Below, one piece after another: positions 50,988 to 63,225 of a stretch of DNA of 64,000 nt. Position numbers and translations under genes: made by a program. Source of the stretch: Neoconidiobolus thromboides FSU 785 (Eukaryota; Fungi; Entomophthoromycota); assembly GCA_025603075.1 (NCBI GenBank), contig MU626312.1, forward strand, positions 1 through 64,000, read 5' to 3'. Positions within the stretch are counted from its first letter, which is position 1. Every line of letters begins with the position of its first letter. Below the pieces are notes generated by a model. That model did no database searches and was not told where the DNA came from. It worked only from the letters and a program-made list of their open reading frames with translations.

Positions 50988-51437
50988 ATGACATATACGG
51001 AAACCAATGGCAAAGATAGCGTCTTATTTATTGACGAAGAGTCCTATACTCAATTACAGGCTGATCATCCACCGGAAAGTTTAGCTGAAATTAATTCAGC
51101 AGTCGATCCAGAAACAGGGGAAATCAATTGGGATTGTCCCTGTTTAGGCGGGATGGCACAACCACCTTGTGGTTCTTTTTTTAAAGAAGCGTTCACCTGC
51201 TTTTTGACTTCTACTGAAGAACCAAAAGGTATCGATTGTGTTGAAAATTTTAGAGCTATGCAAGATTGTATGAGGCAGTTTCCAGAAATTTATGCTGATC
51301 AATTAGATGACGAAGATAAAGAAGACAAAGAAGAAGTTAAAGAAAATGAAGAAACTTCAACACCTACAGATTCTGAATTTACTCAAGTTTCGGATGAAAA
51401 TAGCCCATTGATTGCTGAAGAAACTGATAAACAATAG
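50988..51437 (+). CDS. MIA40: Mitochondrial IMS oxidoreductase Mia40/CHCHD4 (short soluble form)
   Basis: INWDCPCLGGMAQPPCG (CPC motif) plus twin CX9C and an acidic tail; no presequence or TM anchor. Confidence 0.95.
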   Translation: MTYTETNGKDSVLFIDEESYTQLQADHPPESLAEINSAVDPETGEINWDCPCLGGMAQPPCGSFFKEAFTCFLTSTEEPKGIDCVENFRAMQDCMRQFPEIYADQLDDEDKEDKEEVKENEETSTPTDSEFTQVSDENSPLIAEETDKQ

Positions 51438-51664
51438 ATGAAGAAAAAAGTTTAAATGGTAATATATTAAAGTTTTAACTTAATATTAATCAATAAATAA
51501 AAATACAGGATTAGAATGTATTATCAATTTTCAATTTTTTATTTTATACCATTGTTTTTGCTAATTTCGTATAGATTCTAATATTTAAATTATTAAATGA
51601 ATATTTTTATAAATAATAAACATTATACTCATAATTAAAATATACACTAATTAATGGTTATTTT

Positions 51665-52807
51665 TTATTTTAAATCATTTCCAATTGCAGGTTTAGCTTC
51701 ATCCCAAGGTCCTGATATAGCATTTTTATATTTTAACGAATAAATCATACCCGCTGGAAATACAAGGATAATTAAAATTACAACAAAACAATAAAATGAA
51801 ATCCAATAGTAAGAATTGCTCCATTCTTTGATTAAATACAAGGTAGTTGATAATAAAATGATGGATAAACATAGACATGTTTTAGGGGAGAAATGCTAAA
51901 TAAAGAAGAAAAATTAGTTTGTGAGTTGAAATTATAACGAAAAAAGTAAGATGAATTTATAGAGTATTATTGATTACCCTTAAATGTCTTTCGGCTGCTG
52001 GAAATAAAGCAAATGTAACAATTGAAATGGACAATATACTAGCTACTTTTAAAGTGGAGTTAGTGTTTCTTGATGCTAATAAAACAGAACCAAAGATGGC
52101 AGCGTTAATAGATATAGTACCAGGAAATCTATTTTTAAATAAAAGTTATTATCTATCTCTTCTAATATTAACTATAAAAACAAACTTACACAATATCCAT
52201 ACAATTCTCACTTGAATAATCATGCCAGATAGCATTAATAGTAAAGGCTAAAGTAGCTAGGAACCAAATACTATCTACCGATACATCCGAAGTTAACGTT
52301 TTTAATAAAGGAGATAAACCAAATATAACTACTATTATTAATAAACCACTTTTTACTGTAGCTTCAACTATTATTCCATTAATATAAAACTAATAAACAA
52401 AAATGATAGTAAATAAAATAAAACTTACGATCAATATAAGTTTCTTTATGAGCTTTCCTCATTGAAAGATACCAAAAGAAATAAGCAATTATAGTAAATA
52501 TAAAAGCAAAATTTAATACCAAATTGGGTTGCCATACATCACTTTCAATTTTTAAAAGAGTAAATACAAACAAAATGATTTTATTCAAGTGAAGTAATAT
52601 TGTTACTGATGCTTGAAAACATAAATGGCTTAATGTATATCGCCGAACGTTTACTAAAATTTGGACTTTAGTTTATTTTTTAGATACTTGTTTTTTTGAA
52701 ACTAGAATACCATTTTTCCTCAGTAAATTTAAAAATGTAGCATCCGTATAATTATCTGGATAAGGTTGTTTTTCATATAAGATTCTACGCCATTTAGGTT
52801 TACTCAT
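51665..52807 (-). CDS. GPI2: GPI-GlcNAc transferase subunit Gpi2/PIG-C
   Basis: N-terminus [32 protein letters not shown] and C-terminus [13 protein letters not shown], both family hallmarks, with a multi-TM middle. Confidence 0.92.
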
Positions 52808-52947
52808 TCTAATTTTTTACAATACACTATCACTTTAGAACTATTTACTCACTTTAACATTTCACTCTTATTGCAAAAGTTCAAATTTTTGCAATTTTTT
52901 AATCAAACAACACAGTTCTAATTCTTCATTTTTAATCTTCAAAAAAA

Positions 52948-55229
52948 ATGAACCAAAACAATAGTAGGAATAGTACAAATGGAAGAAAGTTAAGATCTAG
53001 TTTGCGTTGTAAAGAAGGAGAAAATCATAATTTACCAACTTCTCCAGTATTTAGAAGATCCACTCGGCTGTCAAATAGATTTGAAAACGATGAAAAAGAT
53101 AAATTGTCAAATAAAAGATTATTAAGTCCAACTTCGGATAACGATGAAATTAGTATAAAAAGGTTGATGAGTGTTAATGAAATTTCCTCTGATGGATATC
53201 GAGATGAAGATGAAATATATCAGCTTGGGAGTAAAGGAGAAGGTTATTCATCTGAGGAAACGATTGGTAATTTAAATTTGATATTTTTTAGATTTATTAT
53301 TTAACAACAACAGAAAATAAAGAACCCAAAAAGGATATTGAAAAAAAAAATAATGATAATAAAAATGACAATAAAAAAAGTGAATCCATTATCAAGTTTA
53401 ATTTAGAAGACGAGGATGAAGGTAATGAAGAAGATACTTTAGGACAAGAATATTACCTCCCTCTAAACGCAGCAGAAATAATAGAATCTCGTCCAGATAT
53501 TAAAATACCATCAAAAATAAGCTTACCAACATCAATATTTACTACCTCTCTTTCAAAAGTTGGTGGCCTAGATCCTCACATTTATAAAATAAAAGAATCA
53601 ATCGTATTACCCATTTTATACCCCGAATTTTGTAAACAATATAATATCATATCTTCAAGGGGTATTTTATTCCATGGTCCACCTGGTACAGGAAAAACTT
53701 TTTTAGCTAAATCATTAGTACATGAGTGTTCCAAAGAAAAAGTGCCCATTGCCTATTTTCATGTAAATAATGCAGATATCTTAAGTAAATGGGTAGGTGA
53801 ATCTGAAATTCGATTGAAAAAGATCTTTGAAACAGCAAAATTATGGGCCCCAAGTATAATATTTTTTGATGAAATTGATGGACTTGCGCCTATTAGAGAT
53901 GAAAATGATCGACCTAGTGCTTCTTTAGTATCTTCATTATTAGCTTATATGGATGGGTTTAAAGATTTAGGTAAAGTATTAGTGATTGGTTCTACTAATC
54001 GAATTGAAGCTATTGATCCTGCTTTAAGGAGGCCTGGTAGGTTCGATGAAGAATTATATTTCGCTTTACCAAATTTAGAAGCTAGAAAATCAATCATTAA
54101 TGCTATTACTAATTCATGGCCAATACCATTAGATAAACAAGTTATTGATAAAATTATCAACTTAACTAAAGGATATAGTGGAGCCGATTTAAAATCTTTA
54201 TGTGATAAAGCCGTAGTAGCGGCATTTATTCGAAGAAATCCAGATACATTTGATAAAGAAATTGGAGCAAGCAATATAGATTGTTCTACTATGAAAATTG
54301 AAGAATGCGATTTTATGATAGCATTAAAGAAAGTAACTTCTGTATCTCAAAATTTAATTGGTATGAAATGTCAATCAATAGTACCACCTTATGATAAATT
54401 ATTAAATCCAATGGTAGAAGATGTATTAGAAGCAATCAATAAAGATTTAGAACAGAATAGTATAATTATGAATGAAAATTTAGTACCAAAAGTAGTGATT
54501 ATTAATGGAAACTCTGGGGTTGTACAAAATTTAATATTATCATCTACATTAAATAATTTAGAAGATTATCGTATTGTAATGATTGATTTAACACAGCTTT
54601 GTATACCGGATGATGTTACTGGTTGTAAAGAATTAAGTCTCATACTTAATGGATCCCAATTTTATTCTACAAAAACGTTATTTGTTATAAAAGAAGTTAA
54701 AATATTACATGTTTACTGTCCCCAATTAATTACTATATTACGTAATTTTATGTTATCGCCTTGTAAAAAAGGATCGGTTACCTTTTTAATTACATGCGAT
54801 AAATTAAAGGATATGAGTTTTTATTTTAAAGATGTAATTGGTAAAGTGATTCAAACTAATGATATTTATTTAGGAGTTAAAGCTCCTTTTGTTGAATCTT
54901 TATTAAAAGAATATTTTGATCCAAGAATAATAAATGATAATAATAATAATAATAATGATAATAACTTGTATAAAGGGAATAGTTTTGAAAGTATACAAGA
55001 AGAAAAGAAAGAAACAAGTTATAACCAATGCTCTCTTCGTAACCTTTGTTTAAGTAATATTATGTATGCTATGGAAGGCTTAGAAGTTCAAGATATTATT
55101 AAATTTAGTATTTGTCTTAAATTGGAACTTATTGAACCTTGTTATACTGCTTTAAGAAAACAAATTGAGCAGGTTGCTAGTGAATTTAAAAAAAGTAAAA
55201 AAAGCGGTATTCAGTATATTCCACTTTGA
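52948..55229 (+). CDS. Yta7/ATAD2-like AAA+ ATPase, divergent, without bromodomain
   Basis: Intron 53267-53313. AAA1 has GPPGTGKT, ADILSKWVGESE, IIFFDEIDGLAP and IDPALRRPGRFD. A degenerate AAA2 follows, then the stop. Confidence 0.85.
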
Positions 55230-55348
55230 AAGGGATTTGAATATTGGTATTGCTTTTTATGGATTTATATATGTTAGTGTAATAAAACTAAGCTTATTAT
55301 TTATTATTTTATTAATATTTAAGTTTACTTTTTAATTCCAATGTCCAT

Positions 55349-55455
55349 ATATGGGGATGTATTTTTGTGTTTAAGAATTTTACTAACAAATTTTCCACGC
55401 AAATAGCGCTTAAAAGATGGAAAAAGTAATGAAGCCAAAAAAAACACTCCCATAT
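55349..55455. mobile_element. MITE-like element copy
   Basis: ATATGGGGATGTATTTTTGTGTTTAAGA...GATGGAAAAAGTAATGAAGCCAAAAAAAACACTCCCATAT, highly similar to 34165-34271. Confidence 0.8.
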
Positions 55456-55670
55456 TTTTAATTTTTAATTAATATTTTTTAATAAAATTAAGTTCTAAGC
55501 ATATATTCAATATTAACAAATTCCAATTTTAACATTTCATAGTATTAGCCATAACAGTTAACACTTGTAACAAAATTAGCCAATAAAATTACAAATTAAA
55601 ATCCACTGACTCCATAATAAAAAAATTATAATTTTTAAATTTTAGCTTATTAAAATTGGATAATTAAATA

Positions 55671-58600
55671 ATGAGCAGTCGATTGGGACAAGCTAATAAT
55701 AGTAATAATAATGGCTTGTTAAATAATTATAATTTGGGAGGTGTATTACATTTTCTTCAAGCGGAATGGCGTAATTTTGAAAAACAAAGAGTGGAATGGG
55801 AAATTGAAAGAGCTGAATTATCGGTAATTATAGAATTGGGATTTAAATTTTAATTATGATGATTAATTACCGACTTTCATTAGGCAAAAATAGCTTCTTT
55901 AGAAGGTGAAAGAAAAGCATCAGAATCTGTTAGAAATGATTTATTAAAAAGGATTAAAATGTTAGAGTTTGCTTTAAGACAAGAGAGGTAATAATTGTCC
56001 ATTTTCTAGAAATTAAAGATTTTTTAACGGAGTAATTTTTAAAGGGGTAAACTATTATCCAATTCTTCTAATATCGAGCGTGGTGAAAGTCCATCTCCTT
56101 CAGTATCTAGTAGTAATAGTTTGAGTTTAAAATAATATCAAAATTAGAATTAATATTCTTTTTATTTTTAGTTGCTTCACCTGTTAATTATGCTAAACAT
56201 ATATTAAAGACTAGAAATTCTTCTGCTTCTTTAGGTGGACAAAAAAGTAAATATAGGAAGGATAAATGTAGAGAAATTTTAAAAATGTAAACTTTTTTAT
56301 GAAATAGTATTTAGTAAATAACTAATTTTATTAGGTGTCTTGAAGAGTTAAATACAATCCCATCTACTTTACCACCAGGAGGTATATATAATAGCCCATT
56401 TATTGAAAGTAGAAATGAAATAAAAACAAGTGAGAGTGAAGAAAGTATGTCTAATAAATATAATAGAGTAAACAATGATCGAAAATCCAATTTATCGATT
56501 GAAATCAGTAATGAGGCACCACCTGAATTTATTAGTAGTCCATTACCACCGGAAATATTAAAGAAACCAACAGCAACAACAACAATTACAGTAATTGAAA
56601 AGAATAAGGCAATACCAAGGAGTAAAAATAATAATAAAAATGCAGATGGAGAAGAAGAAAGTGAAGAAGAAAAAAGGAAAAAAAGAATTACAGTTATTGT
56701 ACCCGAAGATTATAATGGGGTTATCTTTGATGATATGGGCCATTCTCCATTAAATAATGAAAATATGGCGGATCCCGACTTAGACCCAGTACCTTTTGAA
56801 AAAAATGAAATTGAAAAGGGGGAAGAGGTATTGGATTATTCGGTTAGTTTTAATGAAAATATTACAAGTTTGAATTATAATGCTTTAAATTTAGATTGCT
56901 TCACTCTCATCATCGGCGGCTAATAAATTATCATCTATCCTTAAAGCTTTAGGTAGAAAACAAGAGGAGGAAGGAAGTAATGGAAGTGAGACTGGTGAGT
57001 TTTTATTATATTATATGATGAATATAGATATTAATATTTAATATTTCTAATTTAGTTAAAGAAAATGAGAATAGTTTTTTAAATCAAGAACCTAGTTTAA
57101 ATATTGACAGTGACGTATCATTACCACTTTCACCAGTAAGTTTTAAATTATGAGTCATATAACAATAATAATAATAATTTATTTTATCCTATTTCAGTAT
57201 TCAAATGATAAAGAAGTTAAAGATTATAGTGTGAATTATTCATGGAAACCAAAATTAACACTTAAAAGGTAATTTGTTATTAATAAGTAGTTATATTATA
57301 AATTCTAATATTATTTTAAATATAAAGTCACTTGGATACTATTCGATCAATTGATTTTCATCAAAGTGAACTTACTCTAGCATCTGGTTCTGAAGATGGC
57401 ACTGTAAAAATTTGGAATTTGCAAGCATTAGCAAATTTAACTAAAAAGTAATATTAATATAAACTAATTCTAATCATAAAATAGTAATAGTATTTAATAA
57501 TAAAAAAATAGAACTGCTAGACAAGAAATTGAACCTACCTTTGTTTATCGAGGACATACAGGTCCAGTAACTTGTGTTGAAATAGGATCTGAAGATAAAA
57601 CGATTTATTCAAGTTCATTTGATTGTAGTATAAAAGCATGGAAATTTCCAAGAGATGGTAGAACTACTCAAGATCCTACAGGTAATTTCTTAAATTTTAA
57701 TTAAATTTAAAGAATATAAATTAATAACATGATATAAAATATAAATAGAACCTTCCTTATTAACAAACACATTTATTGGTCATACGGATATTGTATGGAA
57801 TTTAAAATTGGGACCCAAATCCCAAGATAAATTAATATTAGGTAGTGTATCTGCTGATCAAACTACTAAATTATGGGATGGTGGGAATAAATCAACTAAT
57901 AATCTACTATCTACAATTTATTTTAATAATGATAAAAAGAGTAAGTTATTTATATAATAAGGACTATATTATTTAAAAAGTAATATTAATAATAATAACT
58001 ATTTTTTAGATAAGATGACACCTACAGCTATTGATTTTTGGAAATCGGATCCAAATAAAGTGATTATTAGTTATCGTAATTCTAAAATTCAGTTAGTAGA
58101 TATTGAAACAGGAAAAATTGTAGTAGATTTTTTGTCAGATAGTACATATGGTAAGTAGATTATAAATAGAAAGAGATTAAGATATCTAATATTAAATATT
58201 ATAATTTATTATTTTAATTAGATAATACCCCCTTTACTCAAATTAATTGTATATTATCTCATCCAACAATGCCATTGCTTATTTCGGGTCATGAAGATAA
58301 ATTTATTCGATTTTTTGATATTAATTCGGGTAATATTTTTATATTTCAATATATAGTTTATTGATATCTTATATTGAATTTCAACAGGTAAATCAATTCA
58401 TTCAATGGTAGCCCATTTAGATTCGGTATCTTCATTAGATATCAGTTCTTCCAATTTAACATTAGTTTCTGGTGGTAAGTTGAATATTTTATAATAATAA
58501 AATAATAATTTCTATTTATTAATATTAATATTAATATTAATATTCTATTTTTTTAAGGACATGATGCATCTATTAGGTGGTGGGATCTAAGTAACTATTC

Positions 58601-58730
58601 TTGTATACAAGAATTTTCATCACATCGATCAAAATCTAATCAAGCAGTCTATTCAGTTAAATTTCATAAATCTTATCCTTGGTTAGCTACAGCAGGTGCA
58701 GATTCTATTGTTAAATTATTTTCAGTTTAA
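55671..58730 (+). CDS. Striatin-family WD40 protein (STRIPAK; Far8/Pro11-like)
   Basis: YNLGGVLHFLQAEW..WEIERAEL..AKIASLEGER..DLLKRIKMLEFALRQER, then WD40 exons (HLDTIRSI, SGSEDGTVKIWNL, GHDASIRWWD, TAGADSIVKLF). Confidence 0.95.
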
Positions 58731-58910
58731 ATTAAAGTCCAATATTGTTAATTGCAATAATTTAATAAAATAAATGTTTTATTGAATATATTTTTTTACA
58801 ATTTTATGTTTATTATATTCAACATTCAACATTGTTTGTTATTATTCTCTATTGATTATTTTAATATTTTGTAATCTTGTTATTGTTACTTGATTGAATA
58901 TTTTATTTTA

Positions 58911-58945
58911 TTTTATATTTTATATTTTATATTTTATATTTTATA
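58911..58945. repeat. (TTTTATA)5 microsatellite
   Basis: Five tandem 7-bp units downstream of the striatin gene. Confidence 0.8.
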
Positions 58946-60007
58946 TTTTTTATTCTTTATCTTTATTTCATTTTATTTTTATTAAATATCGTTGCTACAA
59001 CTTTGTATTATATACATTGTAATATATTATTTTAATTAATATTTTATAATTAATTAAAAATAAGACCAATAAGACAGTTGCTATTCTTAATTTGGTAATT
59101 TAAAGTATTAATTTTAAAAAAAAATAGAGGATGCTACTTTGTTTAATTATTATTAAGCTTAGATTTGAAATTATTCTATTTTTAAATGAATATAAATTAT
59201 AGTTTAAGTTTGTTTTATAAATTATTAATACATTTGAACAATACTATTTGATGCTATTTGAATTATGCTACAATCTATTAATGATATAATAAAAAAGCTA
59301 ACTTAATTAATTAAACAAACTCAATTTTATTTATTTTATTGAAATTCCAATTTATTTTAATATTCCAATCTTAATTAATTTAATAAATTAACAATAAACA
59401 TTAAGTAAACAAAAAAGGGGATTTTAATAAGCTTTTTGATTGGATGAAATGTAAGACATTAGAACCATAATTTAAGAATCAAAATTTACTTGAATGGTAA
59501 CCAATAAAATGTCGATTTAATGATATTAGGCTATTCAAAATTACTATAAATAGCAATTCAACATTTTCAAATACAATGAATTTTGATTTAATTGCTATAA
59601 CTTTATTTTAACTTAAATAACTACTCATTTAATAATCAAATTCGACTAAATTCTGGTTAAATATAAGGATTAAGTATTAAAAAAATCAAATAATAAAAAG
59701 TTAATATTAAATATTATTGCAAACCAGATCATAATAGAATTTCAGAAGTTGTATTTTGTCTAAAAAAATACAAAGAAATTATTGAAAGTTTAATTAGATG
59801 TTTAATTGGTTGATAAAATATTAATAAAATGATTTGTTCCATGTTTAATAAAAAAATATCAAAATAAGGAGTTGATATCAAAATTGAATTCAATTCTTTA
59901 AATTTAATTAACAACTTCTTTGTTATAATCTACAATTTAGATTTATAAAATAAATAATAAATAATAAATAATCGATATTTCTTCATTTAATTTAATAAAA
60001 ACAAAAG

Positions 60008-60547
60008 ATGATAAGTAGTATTGATATTTCGGATTTAAAGGACCTCAACATGAAACGACGTTCTATGGTTCATGCCATGGTCCGAGCTAAAGTAGATTAT
60101 ACTAAATCTAGAGAAGGAGAATTAAGTTTTTTAAAAGGACAACATTTTACAGTTATACCAGGACATCAAGAAGTAGAATACTATGAAGTAGTGAATCCAG
60201 ATACTAAAGAAAAAGGATTAGTTAAGGTAAAAATGATGGAATATTATGCAGCAAATAATCAAGTATTTTATCAATTAAAACAAAATAATCAACTAATTAA
60301 TCAAATTAACACTGAAAATGTATTAAATAATACTAACGGTAACAAAGATTTCAAACAAAGAATTGGGTTTGCTTTAACAACTATAAAAAATCCCCAAATG
60401 GGATTTATGGAAATTAATAAAGATGATGCTTTATTAATTATTGATCAATCCGAAGATTATTATATTGCTAAACCTATTGGTAAATTAGGTATTCCTGCTA
60501 AGATATTAATTAAAGATGTATTATTACAACAAGTTTTCAATAATGAA

Positions 60548-60578
<31 letters not shown>

Positions 60579-60647
60579 CAATATCTTCAACAATTCCTAA
60601 TAAAATATTAGAAAAAATACAACCATTACCAGCATTACCAATTTCAA

Positions 60648-60680
<33 letters not shown>

Positions 60681-61696
60681 GTAATATTAATATTAATAAT
60701 AAATCGACACATACTAAAGTAAATTTAAGTATATCATCTATTAATAAAAACATAATTAATCCTAAATTCAATCCTAATCGACGAAGAGGTTCTGTACAAA
60801 CAAAAGCCATGTATTCCAATTCATTAGGAGGCTATTTTTTAACAGAAGATGAAGTATTAGATAAAAGTAGTAGTAAAATTATTAGTGATACTAATATTTA
60901 TGATATTAAAGTAAAAGAAATGATATCTATTGATGGTATTGACTATATTAAAATTCAAGTTATTTATTTGAAAGATATGGACAAAATAATCATTTATAGA
61001 AGACAAGAAGAAATTAATAGTTTAAATAATAAGATTTGTTGTTTAAATGAAGTAGATAATAATTTATTACCTAAATTACCTAGTTTGAAGTTCAATAGGA
61101 AAACAGATCTGGAATTAAAGTATCATTTGAGTAATTATGAGTTATATTTGATAGATGTGGAGGCTTATCTTTGGGATTTACTATATTTCAATAATAGTTT
61201 GTTGAATTTAAATCTAGAAATCTTTTTAAAAGAAACAGAGATTGATAGAAATATTCATATTTCATTAAAATTTAATCTAAGTTTATTGAAGCCAATTCAA
61301 ATAGGACCAAGCTTTGAAAAAGATTTAATGAATTTGTCATTTTCAAAAAACATTCAAGTAAATAAAACTAGTAATTCTAATAATCATCATGAGCAACAAC
61401 TACTATTACAACAACAACAAATGAGCAATAATTCAATAATAACAAATAAAAGAGGCAGCTTCAAGATTAAATTACAAATTGATGATAATTTATTTGCTTA
61501 TTATTTAAAACAAGATCCTATTTCATATCAAGAATTTTTAACTAGTATTACAGATTATTTAGGCTTTACTAACTTTAATTTACAATATAAACATTTGAAG
61601 TCCAATCAAATATTACCTTTACAGAATGAACAACAATTTCTTAATGCTATTAATGAATCTAATAAAAATTATTTATATGTATTGGCTAAATTTTAG
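60008..61696 (+). CDS. BEM1: Bem1/Scd2-like polarity scaffold (SH3-SH3-PX-PB1), divergent
   Basis: SH3-1 (AKVDY..GELSFLKG), SH3-2 (YYIAKPIGKLG, cf. Bem1 WFIAKPIGRLG), a PX-like segment (IIIYRR..LLPKLP) and a PB1 (FKIKLQIDDNLFA). Intronless, with poly-N and poly-Q tracts. Confidence 0.78.
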
Positions 61697-62070
61697 TTAA
61701 ATAAGGGAAAAGAAAAGAAGAGACGGAGAAGAGACAAAGAAGAGTAATTGATGTAATATTTCAAGTCAATTTATATTTTAATACATAGTTAAATAAAATT
61801 TATATAAATTTATACTTTTTATTTTTTATTTAAGTTTATACAAAATATTCAAATAATAAGTTATAAATTGTAATTATTTACTATATAATAAAACTATTAA
61901 AGCATATAATATGATTTATAATTTATAATTTATAATTCATTATTATTATTATAGGAAATAAAGCAAATAACTTTGATAATTTTAGAATAGTCATTGATTC
62001 ATTTTTCATTTTCTTTTGATCCTTTAAACGCAACTATAAATTTTTCAAGTAACTGATAGTTCTTCTTATC

Positions 62071-62177
62071 ATATGGGAATGTTTTTTTTAGTTTTATCAC
62101 TTTTTCTATCTTTTAAGCACTATTTAAGTGGAAAAATTATTAGTAGAATTCTTAAACACAAAAATACATCCCCATAT
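62071..62177. mobile_element. MITE-like element copy, inverted orientation
   Basis: ATATGGGAATGTTTTTTTT...CTTAAACACAAAAATACATCCCCATAT is the reverse complement of the 34165 and 55349 copies. Confidence 0.8.
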
Positions 62178-63225
62178 TGAATTAATTACCATTTAATATC
62201 ATCTATATCGTATATTCAATAATTAATAATATTAATATATTTGCATGTATTACTTGTTTTATGTTAATAACTAAATTATTGCACTCAAAAGTAGATGACT
62301 CTTTAATTTTATTATCATGATATAATTTAAATTGTCACTCTTCATTTTCTTTTTCATTTAGAGAATTAATAGTATGAATGTGTATATTATAAATTACAAT
62401 ACTAATAATAACTTCATTTGCTTCAAATTTTGGTATTGGAATGTTGTGATTATTAGTGTGTCTCTAAAATTCCATATAAAAATTACAAAAAAGCTATCCA
62501 TATTTATTCTTAAGCTTTAATTCATTAATTTTTATAGAATCATTATTCAATTTTATTCGGTTCTTAAATAGTTCCCTAACTCCAATTTTCAACTTATTTC
62601 ACTTTACTTTAATCAAATGAAGTATATGGTTTATTTCCCAAATCAATAACTTCTTTTAATTTCTTATTTAATTTTATTCTTTCTGATCTTCTCATCTTCA
62701 AAATAGCTAACTATTACTATCAAAGATAGATAAAAAATAAAAGTTGATAAGGTACCAAATAGAATGATGAAAAATATCAAAGAGATTAAATATTATTTCT
62801 TAAAAAGAAATCAATCCATAATCTCTACAATCTATTTATTTAAATACTGAAACTGAATGCATTTATTTTACTTATTTATTACCTATCCTAATAAAATAAT
62901 CATATATAAATACAAAGTTAGATATATTCATTGTTATCTATACATTACCAAAGTTCGTTTCATCAACCATTATAAATATAAAATAAATGCATTTGTATAA
63001 AAAAACAAATTTGAGCCTAATTGTAAAATATTAAATTTTAATTGGACTAAGCATTCACCAACCAATGAACTATAACTCATTAGTATTTTGATGACTTAAC
63101 ATTAACATTAACATTAGCATTATTCATAAATTAATTTCAAAAAGACTAAGCCTTAAAATTAGAAATTAACTCCATTTAAACTTTAAACTCTTATATTTTT
63201 ATAAAAAACAACAAAGATAAAAAGA

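Noticed and set aside
13205-58730. GCKIII kinase and striatin (both STRIPAK-related) in the same window
   Set aside because: They are about 40 kb and roughly 20 genes apart, with no other STRIPAK subunit nearby; consistent with chance.
60460-60819. Minus-strand poly-Leu ORF, signal-peptide-like
   Set aside because: Reverse complement of the (AAT)n poly-Asn tracts of the Bem1-like gene.
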